The notes beneath the pieces were generated by a model that saw only the letters and a program-made list of their open reading frames with translations, was not told the DNA's origin and searched no databases. Positions 18,692-27,999 of a stretch of DNA of 62,211 nt are shown here, piece after piece. The DNA is from Symbiobacterium sp. (lineage in GTDB: Bacteria; Bacillota; Sulfobacillia; UBA995; UBA9673). The stretch covers positions 1-62,211 of the forward strand of contig DYFB01000077.1 in NCBI GenBank assembly GCA_020725405.1. Reading direction: 5' to 3'. How positions within the stretch are numbered: position 1 is the first letter of the stretch; every line of letters starts with the position of its first letter. The translations under genes and the position numbers were made by a program.

Positions 18692-19351
18692 GTGGAAAGG
18701 ACCAAGCAGAACTGGATGCGTGACCGCCTGGGGTGGCTGGGCCTCGCCGTCGTGTCGGCGGCCGCTCTCGTCCCCATTACGGTCACGGCGGCCGCTGGCA
18801 GGCTGTCTTGGGGAGACGCGGCCGTCCGCGACCTCGTCCTTGCCTATCGCCTGCCGGCTCTCGAGTGGACTATGCTGGTCATGAGCTGGCTCAGCTCGGA
18901 GTACGTGACGCCCCTGGTCCTGGCGGCCGTGGTGGCCGTCGGCTGGCGCCGGGCGCGGCGGCGGGTGCTCGTCGCCGCCGCCGTTGTCGCGACCTCGACC
19001 CTCTGGCAGATAGCCCTGAAAGCCGTTGTCGGACGGCCGCGCCCCGAGCCCCTTCTCTATCCCCTGTGGCACGGGGCGGGGTTCCCGAGCGGCCACGCGC
19101 TGACGGCTCTCGTCCTCGCCTACGTCGTCTGGCGGCTGGCCCCGGCTCTCGGGTTCTCTCGACGGGCCCAGACCCCCCTCGGCTGGGCCGTCGTCCTCTA
19201 CCCGCTCCTGGTCGGGGTGAGCCGTATCTACCTCAACTCCCACTATCTCAGCGACGTCACCGGCGGAGTTCTGCTCGGGCTCGGGCATCTCGGGCTGGCG
19301 TTCGGTCTTTTCGGCGCGGACTGGCTTGACCGGGAGGGGATCCGGTCGTGA
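18692..19351 (+). CDS. PAP2-family membrane phosphatase
   Basis: K..VGRPRP, FPSGH and SRIYLNSHYLSDV motifs. Start may be ATG 18716. Confidence 0.92.
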   Translation: MERTKQNWMRDRLGWLGLAVVSAAALVPITVTAAAGRLSWGDAAVRDLVLAYRLPALEWTMLVMSWLSSEYVTPLVLAAVVAVGWRRARRRVLVAAAVVATSTLWQIALKAVVGRPRPEPLLYPLWHGAGFPSGHALTALVLAYVVWRLAPALGFSRRAQTPLGWAVVLYPLLVGVSRIYLNSHYLSDVTGGVLLGLGHLGLAFGLFGADWLDREGIRS

Positions 19352-19812
19352 GCGGCGGGACCCCGCGCCGGACCGTCGTCATCGATGCCGACGCCTGCCC
19401 GCGGGGAGCGGTCGAGACCGTGCGGCGCCTCCAGCCAGGCTTCGGCTACCAGGTCTTGACCGTGGCCTCCGTCAACCACGTTATCGAGCCCTGGGGTCCC
19501 TGGCACGAGCATGTCGTCGTCGACGCTGGGCCCCAGGCGGCCGACCTCGCCGTGGCCAACGCGGCTCGGGCCGGCGACGTCGTGGTCACCCAGGATTGGG
19601 GGCTTGCCGCGCTCGTCCTGGCGAAGGGCTGCCGGGCGGTCTCCCCCGGCGGCTACACCTTCCGCCCGGAGACCGTGGACCTCCTTCTGGAGGAGCGGCA
19701 CGTCAAGGCCAAGGTGCGCCGGGCGGGAGGGCGGACGCGCGGGCCGCGGGCGCGAAGCCGCGAGGACGAGGAGCGCTTCGAAAAGGCTCTCAGGGCCGCG
19801 CTCCGGGCGTGA
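19348..19812 (+). CDS. YaiI/YqxD (DUF188) family protein
   Basis: IDADACP, AAD and GDVVVTQDWGLA motifs. Confidence 0.9.
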   Translation: MSGGTPRRTVVIDADACPRGAVETVRRLQPGFGYQVLTVASVNHVIEPWGPWHEHVVVDAGPQAADLAVANAARAGDVVVTQDWGLAALVLAKGCRAVSPGGYTFRPETVDLLLEERHVKAKVRRAGGRTRGPRARSREDEERFEKALRAALRA

Positions 19813-20638
19813 CTCCCGCAGCCCCCTGCGGCCGGGCGTCAGCGTCCGACCAGGGCTTGATGTCGACGACCGGCGATCCGGGCCGGGCGTCGAGCCCGTC
19901 GACGAGGAGCCGGCCATTCTGCCGGGCCACCAGGCGCACGAGGCACAGACCGATCGGGTTGGGCCGGTGCGGGCTCCGCAGGGCGAAGACGCCCCGCTCC
20001 GGGCGGGACCGGTCTCCCTTTGGATGCCCCTTGAGCCGCCGGCGGTCCTCGCGGGAGACCTCGTGCATCCAGTAGGCTATCCAGAGGTAGGGGTAGTCCC
20101 TGGATTCCGGCCGGCCAGCCGTCTCGACGCCCTCCAGGGCCGGGGCGAAGCGCGGGAAGACCGTTATCTCCGCGAGGCGCGGGAACCCCGGCGGCACGTC
20201 CTCCCCGACCTCGGCGACCCGGGTCACCTCGCCCACGGCCTCGAGCCAGAAGGTGGAGGCCACCGAGGGCGTGACGCGGCCGAGGTAGTCGTAGATGGCC
20301 CGATGGAGGGCTTCGGCTCCGAGGTTCGAGCAGTGCTCCTTGGGGTCGGGCAGGCCCCCGAGGGCGACGAGGACGTCCTCATTCCGGATGGCCAGGGCCC
20401 CGTCGAGGGTCCGGCCCCGGGCGAGCTCGGTGAGGGCGCTCCCGCAGGCGATGGCGGCCGGGCAGCCGTGGACCTCGAAGCTGATGTCGGCTACCCGGCC
20501 GTCGGCCACCCGGATGTAGACCCGGAAGAGGTCCCCGCACCCGGGGTCGCCCGACTCCCCCGTGCCGTCGGAATCGTCCATCCTCCCGACGTTCCGGGGG
20601 TTCGCGAAGTGGTCGAGCACCTTGTCCCCGTAGCTCAA
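19790..20638 (-). CDS. fusion of IscU/NifU-N Fe-S scaffold and TrmO/TsaA-type SAM-binding methyltransferase domain
   Basis: N-half: VLDHF.NPRNVG, GCGD, GC.AAIA, LP..KEHCS. C-half: GVFALRSPHRPNPIGL, GLDA..GSPVVDIKPW. One continuous frame. Confidence 0.88.
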   Translation of the reverse strand: MSYGDKVLDHFANPRNVGRMDDSDGTGESGDPGCGDLFRVYIRVADGRVADISFEVHGCPAAIACGSALTELARGRTLDGALAIRNEDVLVALGGLPDPKEHCSNLGAEALHRAIYDYLGRVTPSVASTFWLEAVGEVTRVAEVGEDVPPGFPRLAEITVFPRFAPALEGVETAGRPESRDYPYLWIAYWMHEVSREDRRRLKGHPKGDRSRPERGVFALRSPHRPNPIGLCLVRLVARQNGRLLVDGLDARPGSPVVDIKPWSDADARPQGAAGVTPGARP

Positions 20639-20693
20639 GCGGCATCCGTCCTTCCCTGGTCCCGCGGCCGGCCGGAGCCGATCCGCGCGTTGC

Positions 20694-20748
20694 CCCGCGG
20701 CGTCTCCGCCCGCGGCGTCCCCGCCCGCGGTGTCCCGCAGCGTCTCCG
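20694..20748. repeat. degenerate 15-bp intergenic tandem repeat
   Basis: CCCGCGGCGTC(T/C)CCG units between kbl and the IscU-TrmO gene. Confidence 0.65.
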
Positions 20749-20749
20749 G

Positions 20750-21934
20750 TTAGATAATGCCCATGTCCCGCCCGATGCGCCGGAAGACCTCGAGGGCGAA
20801 GTCGAGGTCGGCCCGCGTGTGGGCGGCGGAGATCATGACCCGGATGCGGGCCTTTCCGCGCGGCACGGTGGGGAAGCCGATGGCCATGGCGAAAATGCCG
20901 GCGGCGAACAGGGCCCGGCTGAACTCGCGGGCCCGGTCGGCCTCACCGACCATGACCGGGGTTATCGGGGTCTCGGTCCGCCCGGTATCGAACCCCAGCC
21001 GGCGCATCTCGCCCTGGAAGTAGCGAGCGTTCTCCCAGAGCTCGAGCACGAGCTTGTCGCTCGCTTCGAGAAGGCGGACGGCCTCAAGGTTGGCCGCCGC
21101 CTCGGCCGGCGTAAGCGACGAGGAGAACAGGAACGGCCGGCCCCGCTGCTTCAGGAGGTCGATGAGCGGGGTCGGGCCGGCGACGAACCCTCCGACGCAG
21201 CCCAGGGCCTTGGAGAGCGTCCCGATCTCGACGTCGATGCGCCCGTGGAGGTCGAAGTGGTCGACGATGCCGCGCCCGGAGGAGCCGAGGACCCCCTCGC
21301 CGTGAGCGTCGTCCACCATGGAGATGCAGCCGTACTCCTCGGCCAGGCGGGCCACCCCGGGGAGGTCGGCGATGTCGCCGTCCATGCTGAAGACCCCGTC
21401 GGTGACGATGAGCTTGCGGCCCTCGACGCCGGCGTCCGCCTTCAGCATCTCCTCGAGAGCGGCGAGGTCGAGGTGGGGATAGGGCTTGATCTCCGCCCGG
21501 CTGAGCCGGCAGCCGTCGATGATGCTGGCGTGGTTAAGCTCGTCGCTGTAGATGATGTCGCCCCGGCCCACCAGGACCGGGATGGTCGCGAGGTTGGCGT
21601 TGAAGCCGGATTGCAGGACGACGGTCGCCTCGGTCTTCTTGAACCGGGCCAGCTCCCGTTCCAGCTGCTCGTGGATCGTCATCGTCCCGGCGATGGACCG
21701 GACCGCGCCGGGGCCCACCCCGTACTCGTCGATGGCTCGCTTGGCCGCCTCCTTGAGGCGGCCGTGGGCGGCTAGGCCGAGGTAGTTGTTCGAGCACATG
21801 TTGAGCACGCGTCGCCCGCCGATGACCACCCAGGCCCCCTGCTCGCTCTCCAGGGTGCGGATGTCGTTGTACAGGCTCGTCTCGTGCAGCTCGCGCAGCT
21901 CCTCGTCCACGAAGGCCAGCGCTCTTCTGGACAC
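20750..21934 (-). CDS. kbl: glycine C-acetyltransferase / 8-amino-7-oxononanoate synthase family
   Basis: [48 protein letters not shown] and GTLSKA motifs. Confidence 0.92.
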   Translation of the reverse strand: MSRRALAFVDEELRELHETSLYNDIRTLESEQGAWVVIGGRRVLNMCSNNYLGLAAHGRLKEAAKRAIDEYGVGPGAVRSIAGTMTIHEQLERELARFKKTEATVVLQSGFNANLATIPVLVGRGDIIYSDELNHASIIDGCRLSRAEIKPYPHLDLAALEEMLKADAGVEGRKLIVTDGVFSMDGDIADLPGVARLAEEYGCISMVDDAHGEGVLGSSGRGIVDHFDLHGRIDVEIGTLSKALGCVGGFVAGPTPLIDLLKQRGRPFLFSSSLTPAEAAANLEAVRLLEASDKLVLELWENARYFQGEMRRLGFDTGRTETPITPVMVGEADRAREFSRALFAAGIFAMAIGFPTVPRGKARIRVMISAAHTRADLDFALEVFRRIGRDMGII

Positions 21935-22089
21935 TCCGGCATCCCTCCGTTTCGCCTTCCTTCCCGGGTGAACGGCGAAGCCGACCCCCGGGCTCTGGTG
22001 CCTCCGGGAGTCAGTTCTCCGTCGTCCCAGGCCCTTCCTTGGACCTTGCGGGGAGAGGAACGACGGGGCCGGCCCCGAAGTCCCGGCGC

Positions 22090-22926
22090 ATGAGCCCCAC
22101 GGTCCTCGTCGGCGGTCTCCGTTTGGCCTACTCCTCGCGGGGAGACGGTCCCCCCGTCCTCCTCATCATGGGTCTCGGCCTCGGCCGCTGGGCCTGGGCC
22201 CGCCAGGTTCCGCCCCTGTCGCGGCGCTTCAGGGTCATAACCTACGACCACCGCGGAACCGGCGAGAGCGAGGCCTCTCCCCCGGGCTATGGTATTGAGG
22301 ATCTTGCCGCCGACGCCCTCGGCCTTCTCGACGCGCTGGGGATAGCCCGAACCCACGTCGTGGGCCTGTCTATGGGCGGCCAGATCGCTCAGGTCCTGGC
22401 CGGCGGACGGCCCTCCCGGGTGGAGCGTCTTGTCCTCTGCGCCACGTCGCCCGGGGGGCCCGGGGCTGTTCACCCGGATCCGGCTCTCTGGGGGGAGTTC
22501 CTCGACATCACGCGGATGCCGACGGACCGGGGGGCGGAGGTAAGCCTCAGGCTGGTCTTCGGCCGGGAGTTCAGGGACCGCGACCCCCGCACCGCCGCCC
22601 TCGTGGCCCGGGCCTACCGGGAGAACCTCCCTTCCCCGGAGACGGTGGCCGCTCAGGGGCTGGCCTGTGAGCGATTCGACGGGGCCGCCCTCGCCGCCCG
22701 CATAACCGTCCCGACCCTGGTCGTCCACGGTACGGCCGACGTCCTCGTCCACCCCGATAACGCGCGCCTTCTCGCCTCGCTCATCCCCGGAGCCACGCTT
22801 CTCCTCTACGAGGGGGCTGGCCACGGGCTGATCATCGAGCAGGCCCGGCGGTTCAACCGGGACGTCGCCGCCTTCCTCGGCAGCGGTGGCCGGGAGGCGA
22901 CGGCCGGGGGGCGGGCAGGGGGCTAG
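22090..22926 (+). CDS. alpha/beta fold hydrolase
   Basis: IMGLG, D.RGTG.S, GLSMGG nucleophile elbow, HGTAD and GH motifs. Confidence 0.92.
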   Translation: MSPTVLVGGLRLAYSSRGDGPPVLLIMGLGLGRWAWARQVPPLSRRFRVITYDHRGTGESEASPPGYGIEDLAADALGLLDALGIARTHVVGLSMGGQIAQVLAGGRPSRVERLVLCATSPGGPGAVHPDPALWGEFLDITRMPTDRGAEVSLRLVFGREFRDRDPRTAALVARAYRENLPSPETVAAQGLACERFDGAALAARITVPTLVVHGTADVLVHPDNARLLASLIPGATLLLYEGAGHGLIIEQARRFNRDVAAFLGSGGREATAGGRAGG

Positions 22927-22985
22927 CCCCGACCGTCCGGGAGTCAGCCATCCCTGCCCAGGGTTGTCGGTTTTTGGGAGGAGAG

Positions 22986-23012
22986 GCAGGCTTTTGGGCC
23001 GCAGCGTCGAAC
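22986..23012 (+). promoter_or_regulatory. SigH-like promoter (GCAGGCTTT-N11-GTCGAAC)
   Basis: Resembles RNAGGAWWW-N11/12-RNNGAAT, upstream of the sensor kinase. Confidence 0.45.
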
Positions 23013-23109
23013 TATACCTCCGGGCAGGCGCCGCCCGGCGGGCGGGCGGGCGGGCGGGGGCCCGGAGCATTGCAGCATAATCACGGCCCATGTCTTCTGG
23101 AGGTTCGGC

Positions 23110-24744
23110 GTGTCCGGTTCCTTCCGCTCGGGCGCAAGGCGGAGTCGCTTCCGGTTCGGAGTACGCTGCCAGCTGGTCGGGCTGGTCCTCCTCATCCTCC
23201 TTTCCCTCCTATCGGCTGTGAACATGACCGAGCCGTACGAGGCCTACCCTGGCAGGGAACCCGAGACCGGCCGTGGGCGCTACGAGCTTGTCGGGGCGGC
23301 CTTCACCGACGCCTCCGCCCGTGGCATCCGGACCGGGGCCCGGGTCGCCGATACCCCTGACCTCCTCATCATGCTTCTTGTCAGCGGGGTATCGCTGGCC
23401 ATGGCCCACACCGTCGGAAACCGCCTGGCCCGTCGCCTGGCCGCCCTCCAGGAGCGGGCCGCCGCTATCGCCGGTCCGTACGGCGGCCCGGACGCGAACC
23501 CGGCGGACGATGCCGGCGGTGACGAGCTCGAGGAGGCGGCCCGGGCGCTAGATCGCATGGCCGCGCGGATAGAGGCGGTGGAGAAGGAGCTCCTGGCAAG
23601 CAACCGGAAGTTTCGGGCTCTCGTCGAGAGCGTCCCCCTACCCGTTGTCGCCGCGGACGCCGAGGGCAACGTCACCCTCTGGAACCGGGCGGCTGAGCGG
23701 GTCTTCGGCTGGACGGAGGCCGAAGTCCTCGGCCGGCAGAGCCCGGCCGTACCCGACGAGGAAGGCGACGAGGCCATGGCCCTGTGGGCGAGGGTCCTCG
23801 CCGGCGAGTCCCTCTCCGGCCTCATCGTCCGCCGCCGCCGCCGCGACGGCTCGCCCATAGATATCAGCCTGTCGCTCGCCCCCTGGGGGGACGGGACGCA
23901 GGGCGGCCTCGGCGTCTTCCTCGACATAACCGAGCGCCTGCGCTTCCTGCAGGTCGCCGCGCACATGCTCCGGAACCCCATGGCCGGCGTGAGCGGGCTC
24001 GTCTCCCTTCTCGAACGCCGGGTGGCCGCGGGTCAGCCGGTCGGCGACCTGGTCCCCCTCCTCCGGCGGGACACGGAGAGGCTGGCCGCGCTCCTCTCGG
24101 CTATCCTCGAGGCCTTCCGGGTCCAGGAGGGACAGATCGGACCCGAGCTCGAGCGGGTCGATCTTACCGGCACCGTGCTCAGCGCGCTCGACTCCCTGCG
24201 TGTGGCCGGGGTCGCCGAACGCATCCGGTTGGAAGGCCTCTGCTGTGACGGCCCCTGCTGGATATGGGGGGACCCCGAGCCTCTCCGGGACATGGTGCGG
24301 ACCCTGGTGACGAACGCACTGACCTATTCCCCCGACGACGAGCCGGTGGTGCTCAGTCTCTCCTGCTCGAACGGGCTGGCGACTCTCTCGGTCGCCGACA
24401 GGGGGGCGGGCATCCCACCGTCCGAACTCGACCGGGTCTTCGAGCCCTTCTACCGCTCCCGGGAGCTCGTAGGCTCGGAAAAGGGCGGGCTGGGCCTGGG
24501 CCTCTACGTCTGCCGGGAGATAGTTAGGGCCCACGGGGGCCGGATATGGGTGGCGAGCGCGGAGGGCCGGGGAGCCGTCTTCCGGGTGGAGCTGCCCGTC
24601 TGCCAGGGCGAGGATCCGGGCGGCGGGGCCGAGAGAAGCGAGAGGAGGACGGGAGCGGCTGACGAGAAGAGGATAACGGGGGAGGAGCAACCGACGCGGG
24701 CGAAAGAGAGAGCGGAAGGGGAAGACGAAGGAGCCGATGGCTAG
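23110..24744 (+). CDS. membrane sensor histidine kinase (TM-HAMP-PAS-HisKA-HATPase)
   Basis: Two TMs, HAMP-like DEL..A.ALDRM, PAS WNRAAERVFGW..DITE, H-box AHMLRNP, and N, G1, F, G2 boxes. Confidence 0.92.
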   Translation: MSGSFRSGARRSRFRFGVRCQLVGLVLLILLSLLSAVNMTEPYEAYPGREPETGRGRYELVGAAFTDASARGIRTGARVADTPDLLIMLLVSGVSLAMAHTVGNRLARRLAALQERAAAIAGPYGGPDANPADDAGGDELEEAARALDRMAARIEAVEKELLASNRKFRALVESVPLPVVAADAEGNVTLWNRAAERVFGWTEAEVLGRQSPAVPDEEGDEAMALWARVLAGESLSGLIVRRRRRDGSPIDISLSLAPWGDGTQGGLGVFLDITERLRFLQVAAHMLRNPMAGVSGLVSLLERRVAAGQPVGDLVPLLRRDTERLAALLSAILEAFRVQEGQIGPELERVDLTGTVLSALDSLRVAGVAERIRLEGLCCDGPCWIWGDPEPLRDMVRTLVTNALTYSPDDEPVVLSLSCSNGLATLSVADRGAGIPPSELDRVFEPFYRSRELVGSEKGGLGLGLYVCREIVRAHGGRIWVASAEGRGAVFRVELPVCQGEDPGGGAERSERRTGAADEKRITGEEQPTRAKERAEGEDEGADG

Positions 24745-25105
24745 AGTGCTGGTCATCGAGGACGAGGCGACCATCGCCCTCATCCTGTCGGAGGTCCTCA
24801 GGGAACAGGGACACGAGGCCGTGACCGTGTCGGGTGGGGCGGCTGGATTAGACTGGCTCCGAGAGTCGCCACCTCCTGACGTGGTCCTTCTCGACCTTTT
24901 CATGCCCGGCCTGGGCGGCCGCGACGTGCTGAAGGCAATGCGGAGTGACCCCCGCCTGAAGGACGTCCCGGTGGTCCTGGTCACCGGGGCCGTCCCCTCG
25001 GTGGAGGACTTCCCGCCGAACGGTACTTATCAGGCCTTGATAACCAAACCGTTCGATCTCAGCGACATCACCGAAACCATAGACGCCTGCCTCAGGCGGC
25101 GGTAA
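24737..25105 (+). CDS. single-domain response regulator (receiver only)
   Basis: VLVIEDE, LLDLFMPG, VTG and KPF motifs. Confidence 0.93.
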   Translation: MARVLVIEDEATIALILSEVLREQGHEAVTVSGGAAGLDWLRESPPPDVVLLDLFMPGLGGRDVLKAMRSDPRLKDVPVVLVTGAVPSVEDFPPNGTYQALITKPFDLSDITETIDACLRRR

Positions 25106-25124
25106 CCCCGGGCGCCGACCCTGG

Positions 25125-25529
25125 TCAAGCTCTCAGACGCCCGAGCGGCGTCGGCCGCGATGGGAGGCGACCGGGCAGGAGATGCCGGGAGGTCTTGGGC
25201 GGGTAGGGGGTCCCCGAGAGCCCCGTCCGCACGACCGCCTCCTTGGTCAGCGCGATTTCCGACCTCCTCGTGGTCACCCGGATGGCCGGGTCGGCGTAGT
25301 CGACGAGGTAGGCCGGGATGAGAGAGCAGCCTAGGGCCCGCACGGCTTCGGCCCGGTGGTGGCCGTCGAGGATGACCAGGGTATGCCGGTCGACGACAAT
25401 CGGCTCCCTGAGCTCGCCGTCCTCCGCTATCTCCGCCGTGAGCGCGGCGAGGTGCTCCGGGATGACCTCCTCGTGCCGGGCCAGAGCCTGCACCTCGAGC
25501 AGGCCGAAGACGAGGGTGAGCCTCCTCAT
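25125..25529 (-). CDS. ParB/Srx-fold protein resembling SerK/SbnI free-serine kinases (134 aa)
   Basis: HEE, PIVVD...[11 protein letters not shown] and C-terminal TKE.V...G..YPPKTSRH motifs. ATG 25529 overlaps the trpB2 stop (ATGA). Confidence 0.8.
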   Translation of the reverse strand: MRRLTLVFGLLEVQALARHEEVIPEHLAALTAEIAEDGELREPIVVDRHTLVILDGHHRAEAVRALGCSLIPAYLVDYADPAIRVTTRRSEIALTKEAVVRTGLSGTPYPPKTSRHLLPGRLPSRPTPLGRLRA

Positions 25530-26986
25530 CTCCCTTGACCTCCCCCCGCGGCCCGGCCCGCGATGCCCGGCACCGGGGGCAGCTCCCGGAGGGCCTGGTC
25601 TATCCTCTCCTGGGGGTGCTCGTGGTCCACGAGGCGGCCGGCGAGGTAGGCCTCGTAGGCGGCGAGGTCGAAGTGACCGTGGCCGCTCAGGTTGAAGAGG
25701 ATGACCCGGCTCTCTCCGGAGACCGCGCATTCGCGGGCGATGTCCACGGCCGCCCGCACGGCGTGGGCCGACTCGGGGGCCGGGAGGATGCCTTCGGTCC
25801 GGGTGAAGAGAACGGCCGCCTCGAACGCGGCCAGCTGCGGCACGGCGCGAGCCTCGACGAACCCTTCCCGGCAGAGGGCGCTGATGAGCGGCGCGGCCCC
25901 GTGGTACCGGAGACCGCCGGCGTGGATGCCCTCAGGGACGAAGCCGTGGCCGAGGGTGTACATCATGGCCACCGGGGCCACTCCGGCCGTATCCCCGTAG
26001 TCGTAGGCGAACCGGCCCCGGGTCAGGGTCGGACAGGCCGTCGGCTCGACGGCGATGAACCGCGTCCCGGACAAGGGCCGGGCCGCGCCCTGGGCCGAGT
26101 CGCCGGCCGCCTTCCGGGCCGCGCCCAGGTCTTCCCGGAGGAAGGGCAGGGCGAGGCCGCCGAAGTTGCTCCCCCCGCCGTGGCAGCCGATGACGAAGTC
26201 CGGCCGCTCGCCGGCGAGGTCCATCTGCCTCAAAGCCTCCTCGCCGATAACCGTCTGGTGGAGGAGGACGTGGTTGAGGACGCTCCCCAGGGCGTAGTGC
26301 GTATCAGACCGGGATACAGCGTCCTCGACGGCCTCGCTGATGGCGATTCCGAGGCTGCCCGTCGAGGCCGGGTCCCGGGTCAGGACGGCCCGGCCGGCCG
26401 CCGTGCGGTCGCTCGGGCTCGCCACGACTTCGGCGCCGTAGGTCTCCATGAGGGAGCGACGGTAGGGCTTCTGGTCGTAGCTCACCCGGACCATGTAGAC
26501 GCTGCACTCCAAGCCGAAGATGGCCGAGGCCAGGGAGAGGGCCGACCCCCACTGACCGGCCCCCGTCTCGGTCGCCAGGCGGCGGACGCCCTCCTTCCTG
26601 TTGTAGAAGGCCTGGGCGACGGCCGTATTGGGCTTGTGGCTGCCAGCCGGACTCACCCCCTCGTTCTTGTAGTAGATGCGGGCCGGGGTCCCCAGGGCCC
26701 GCTCGAGGTTCCTCGCCCGGACGAGGGGCGTCGGCCTCCAGAGGCGGAGAACGTCGAGGACCTCTCCGGGGATATCGATGTAGCGGGAGGTTGCGACCTC
26801 CTGCTCGATGAGGGCCATCGGGAACAGGGGGGCGAGATCCTCCGGTCCTAGCGGCTTCAGGGTCGCCGGGTGGAGAGGAGGCGCCAGCTCGAACGGCAGG
26901 TCGGCCAGAGCGTTGTACCAGGCTGTCGGCATCTCCCTCTCGGTGAGGATGAACTTACGGTCCTTCTCGCTTCCTTGGTCGCGCAT
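25526..26986 (-). CDS. trpB2: TrpB2-type (stand-alone) tryptophan synthase beta
   Basis: [63 protein letters not shown] and LSGHG motifs. Confidence 0.95.
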   Translation of the reverse strand: MRDQGSEKDRKFILTEREMPTAWYNALADLPFELAPPLHPATLKPLGPEDLAPLFPMALIEQEVATSRYIDIPGEVLDVLRLWRPTPLVRARNLERALGTPARIYYKNEGVSPAGSHKPNTAVAQAFYNRKEGVRRLATETGAGQWGSALSLASAIFGLECSVYMVRVSYDQKPYRRSLMETYGAEVVASPSDRTAAGRAVLTRDPASTGSLGIAISEAVEDAVSRSDTHYALGSVLNHVLLHQTVIGEEALRQMDLAGERPDFVIGCHGGGSNFGGLALPFLREDLGAARKAAGDSAQGAARPLSGTRFIAVEPTACPTLTRGRFAYDYGDTAGVAPVAMMYTLGHGFVPEGIHAGGLRYHGAAPLISALCREGFVEARAVPQLAAFEAAVLFTRTEGILPAPESAHAVRAAVDIARECAVSGESRVILFNLSGHGHFDLAAYEAYLAGRLVDHEHPQERIDQALRELPPVPGIAGRAAGGGQGR

Positions 26987-27075
26987 TGCCTTCCTCTCCC
27001 TTCTGCTTTCTGTGTCGCCTCTCTCGTGAACCGCCGGTGGTCCCCGCGGCCGAGCCGGTCTCCGGCGCCGAGCCC

Positions 27076-27109
27076 AAAAGAAAAGCTCCCGTCCCTTGGG
27101 GACGGGAGC
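27076..27109 (-). terminator. intrinsic terminator of the T-box leader
   Basis: GCTCCCGTCCC-CAA-GGGACGGGAGC followed by TTTTCTTTT on the minus strand. Confidence 0.9.
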
Positions 27110-27461
27110 CTCAGCTTCCGCGGTGCCACCCCGCTTAGACGACCCGCCGCCGGGAGGGGCGGGGACGCCTCGCTCGTTCTCGGGTACGGACCGGACGGCG
27201 CTCCCGGGCACCGGCGGAGCCCGGGTCGGCCGCGACCGCTCTTATACCCTATCCCTGGTAACGGAGGGCGACCGGCAGGGTCTACTCGGGAGGGCGGGGC
27301 CGGGTCTCCGGCCGGGTCCGGCCTTCGACGGCCGGGCGGTCCGCCCTATCCCTTTCGGCCTGCGGCTCACGGGTCCATTCAGCGCGCCTCCGGCGCCGGG
27401 CTCCCACCGTCCCCGGCTCGCTGGGGCCTTGCGGCTCTCGCCTACTAGTCCCGGTCATAGC
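27076..27461 (-). promoter_or_regulatory. Trp-specific T-box riboswitch
   Basis: Stem I with AGTA, AGCGAG and GGTGGGA motifs; specifier GAA-TGG (UGG at 27377-27375); T-box AAGCGGGGTGGCACCGCG (27136-27119); downstream terminator. Confidence 0.92.
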
Positions 27462-27481
27462 CCCTCGGTGCTGTTGCGAAA

Positions 27482-27511
27482 AGGGTAGCACCTAGCGCGT
27501 GTAGGTGTCAA
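27482..27511 (-). promoter_or_regulatory. SigA promoter for the T-box-trpB2 operon (TTGACA-N18-TACCCT, TG-extended)
   Basis: Lies about 20 nt upstream of T-box stem I. Confidence 0.6.
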
Positions 27512-27920
27512 CCAAATATTGCTCACGGACACCTGGATGGCTCCTCGCCAGCTGTTCCAGGGCGCGAAAACACGATCTGAGACCCGGGGACCTTTGTGCG
27601 GCGGCTACCATCTTCGAATCGTGGTTGAACGTGAGGCAGTACCGCCACGAACCGTCGTCTAGCTCGACCCTGGCGTCGATAATGACGTCGGACATGGCTC
27701 GGGCGGCCAGGCTGCGAACCCTACCGACCCCTCCCCTGAGTCGAAGCGCCTCCTGAAGGCCCCGGCCGGGAACAGCAAGGTCCCTCATGAACCGGAACAC
27801 GTCTAGGAAGTTCGATTTGCCCGAGGCGTTGGGCCCGATGAGGAACACGCGGTCTGGGAGGGTAACCTCAACTGATGTGAAGTTCCGCCAGTTACGGAGG
27901 AGCAGGTGCGAGAAGCCCAT
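27492..27920 (-). pseudogene. truncated AAA_21/ABC-type ATPase remnant
   Basis: L.NWRNF and Walker A IGPNASGKSNFLD, but no signature or Walker B motif; lower GC. Confidence 0.8.
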
Positions 27921-27999
27921 ACCAGCACCCCCGCAGCGGCGAGAGAAGGAACCACCCTCATTCCAGCGCGGGCCCATTAAGAACCAAGCGGACCAGGGG

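Noticed and set aside
18569-18700. c-di-AMP riboswitch upstream of the cell-wall hydrolase
   Set aside because: Consensus elements are not seen and the interval is short.
18569-19288. N-terminal extension of the GH18-SLH protein (832-aa ORF)
   Set aside because: Antisense to the PAP2 gene. The SD and signal peptide start at 18568.
25125-25529. ParABS partition gene
   Set aside because: No HTH or dimerisation domain and no parA. The motifs and coupling to trpB2 fit the SerK/SbnI-like branch better.
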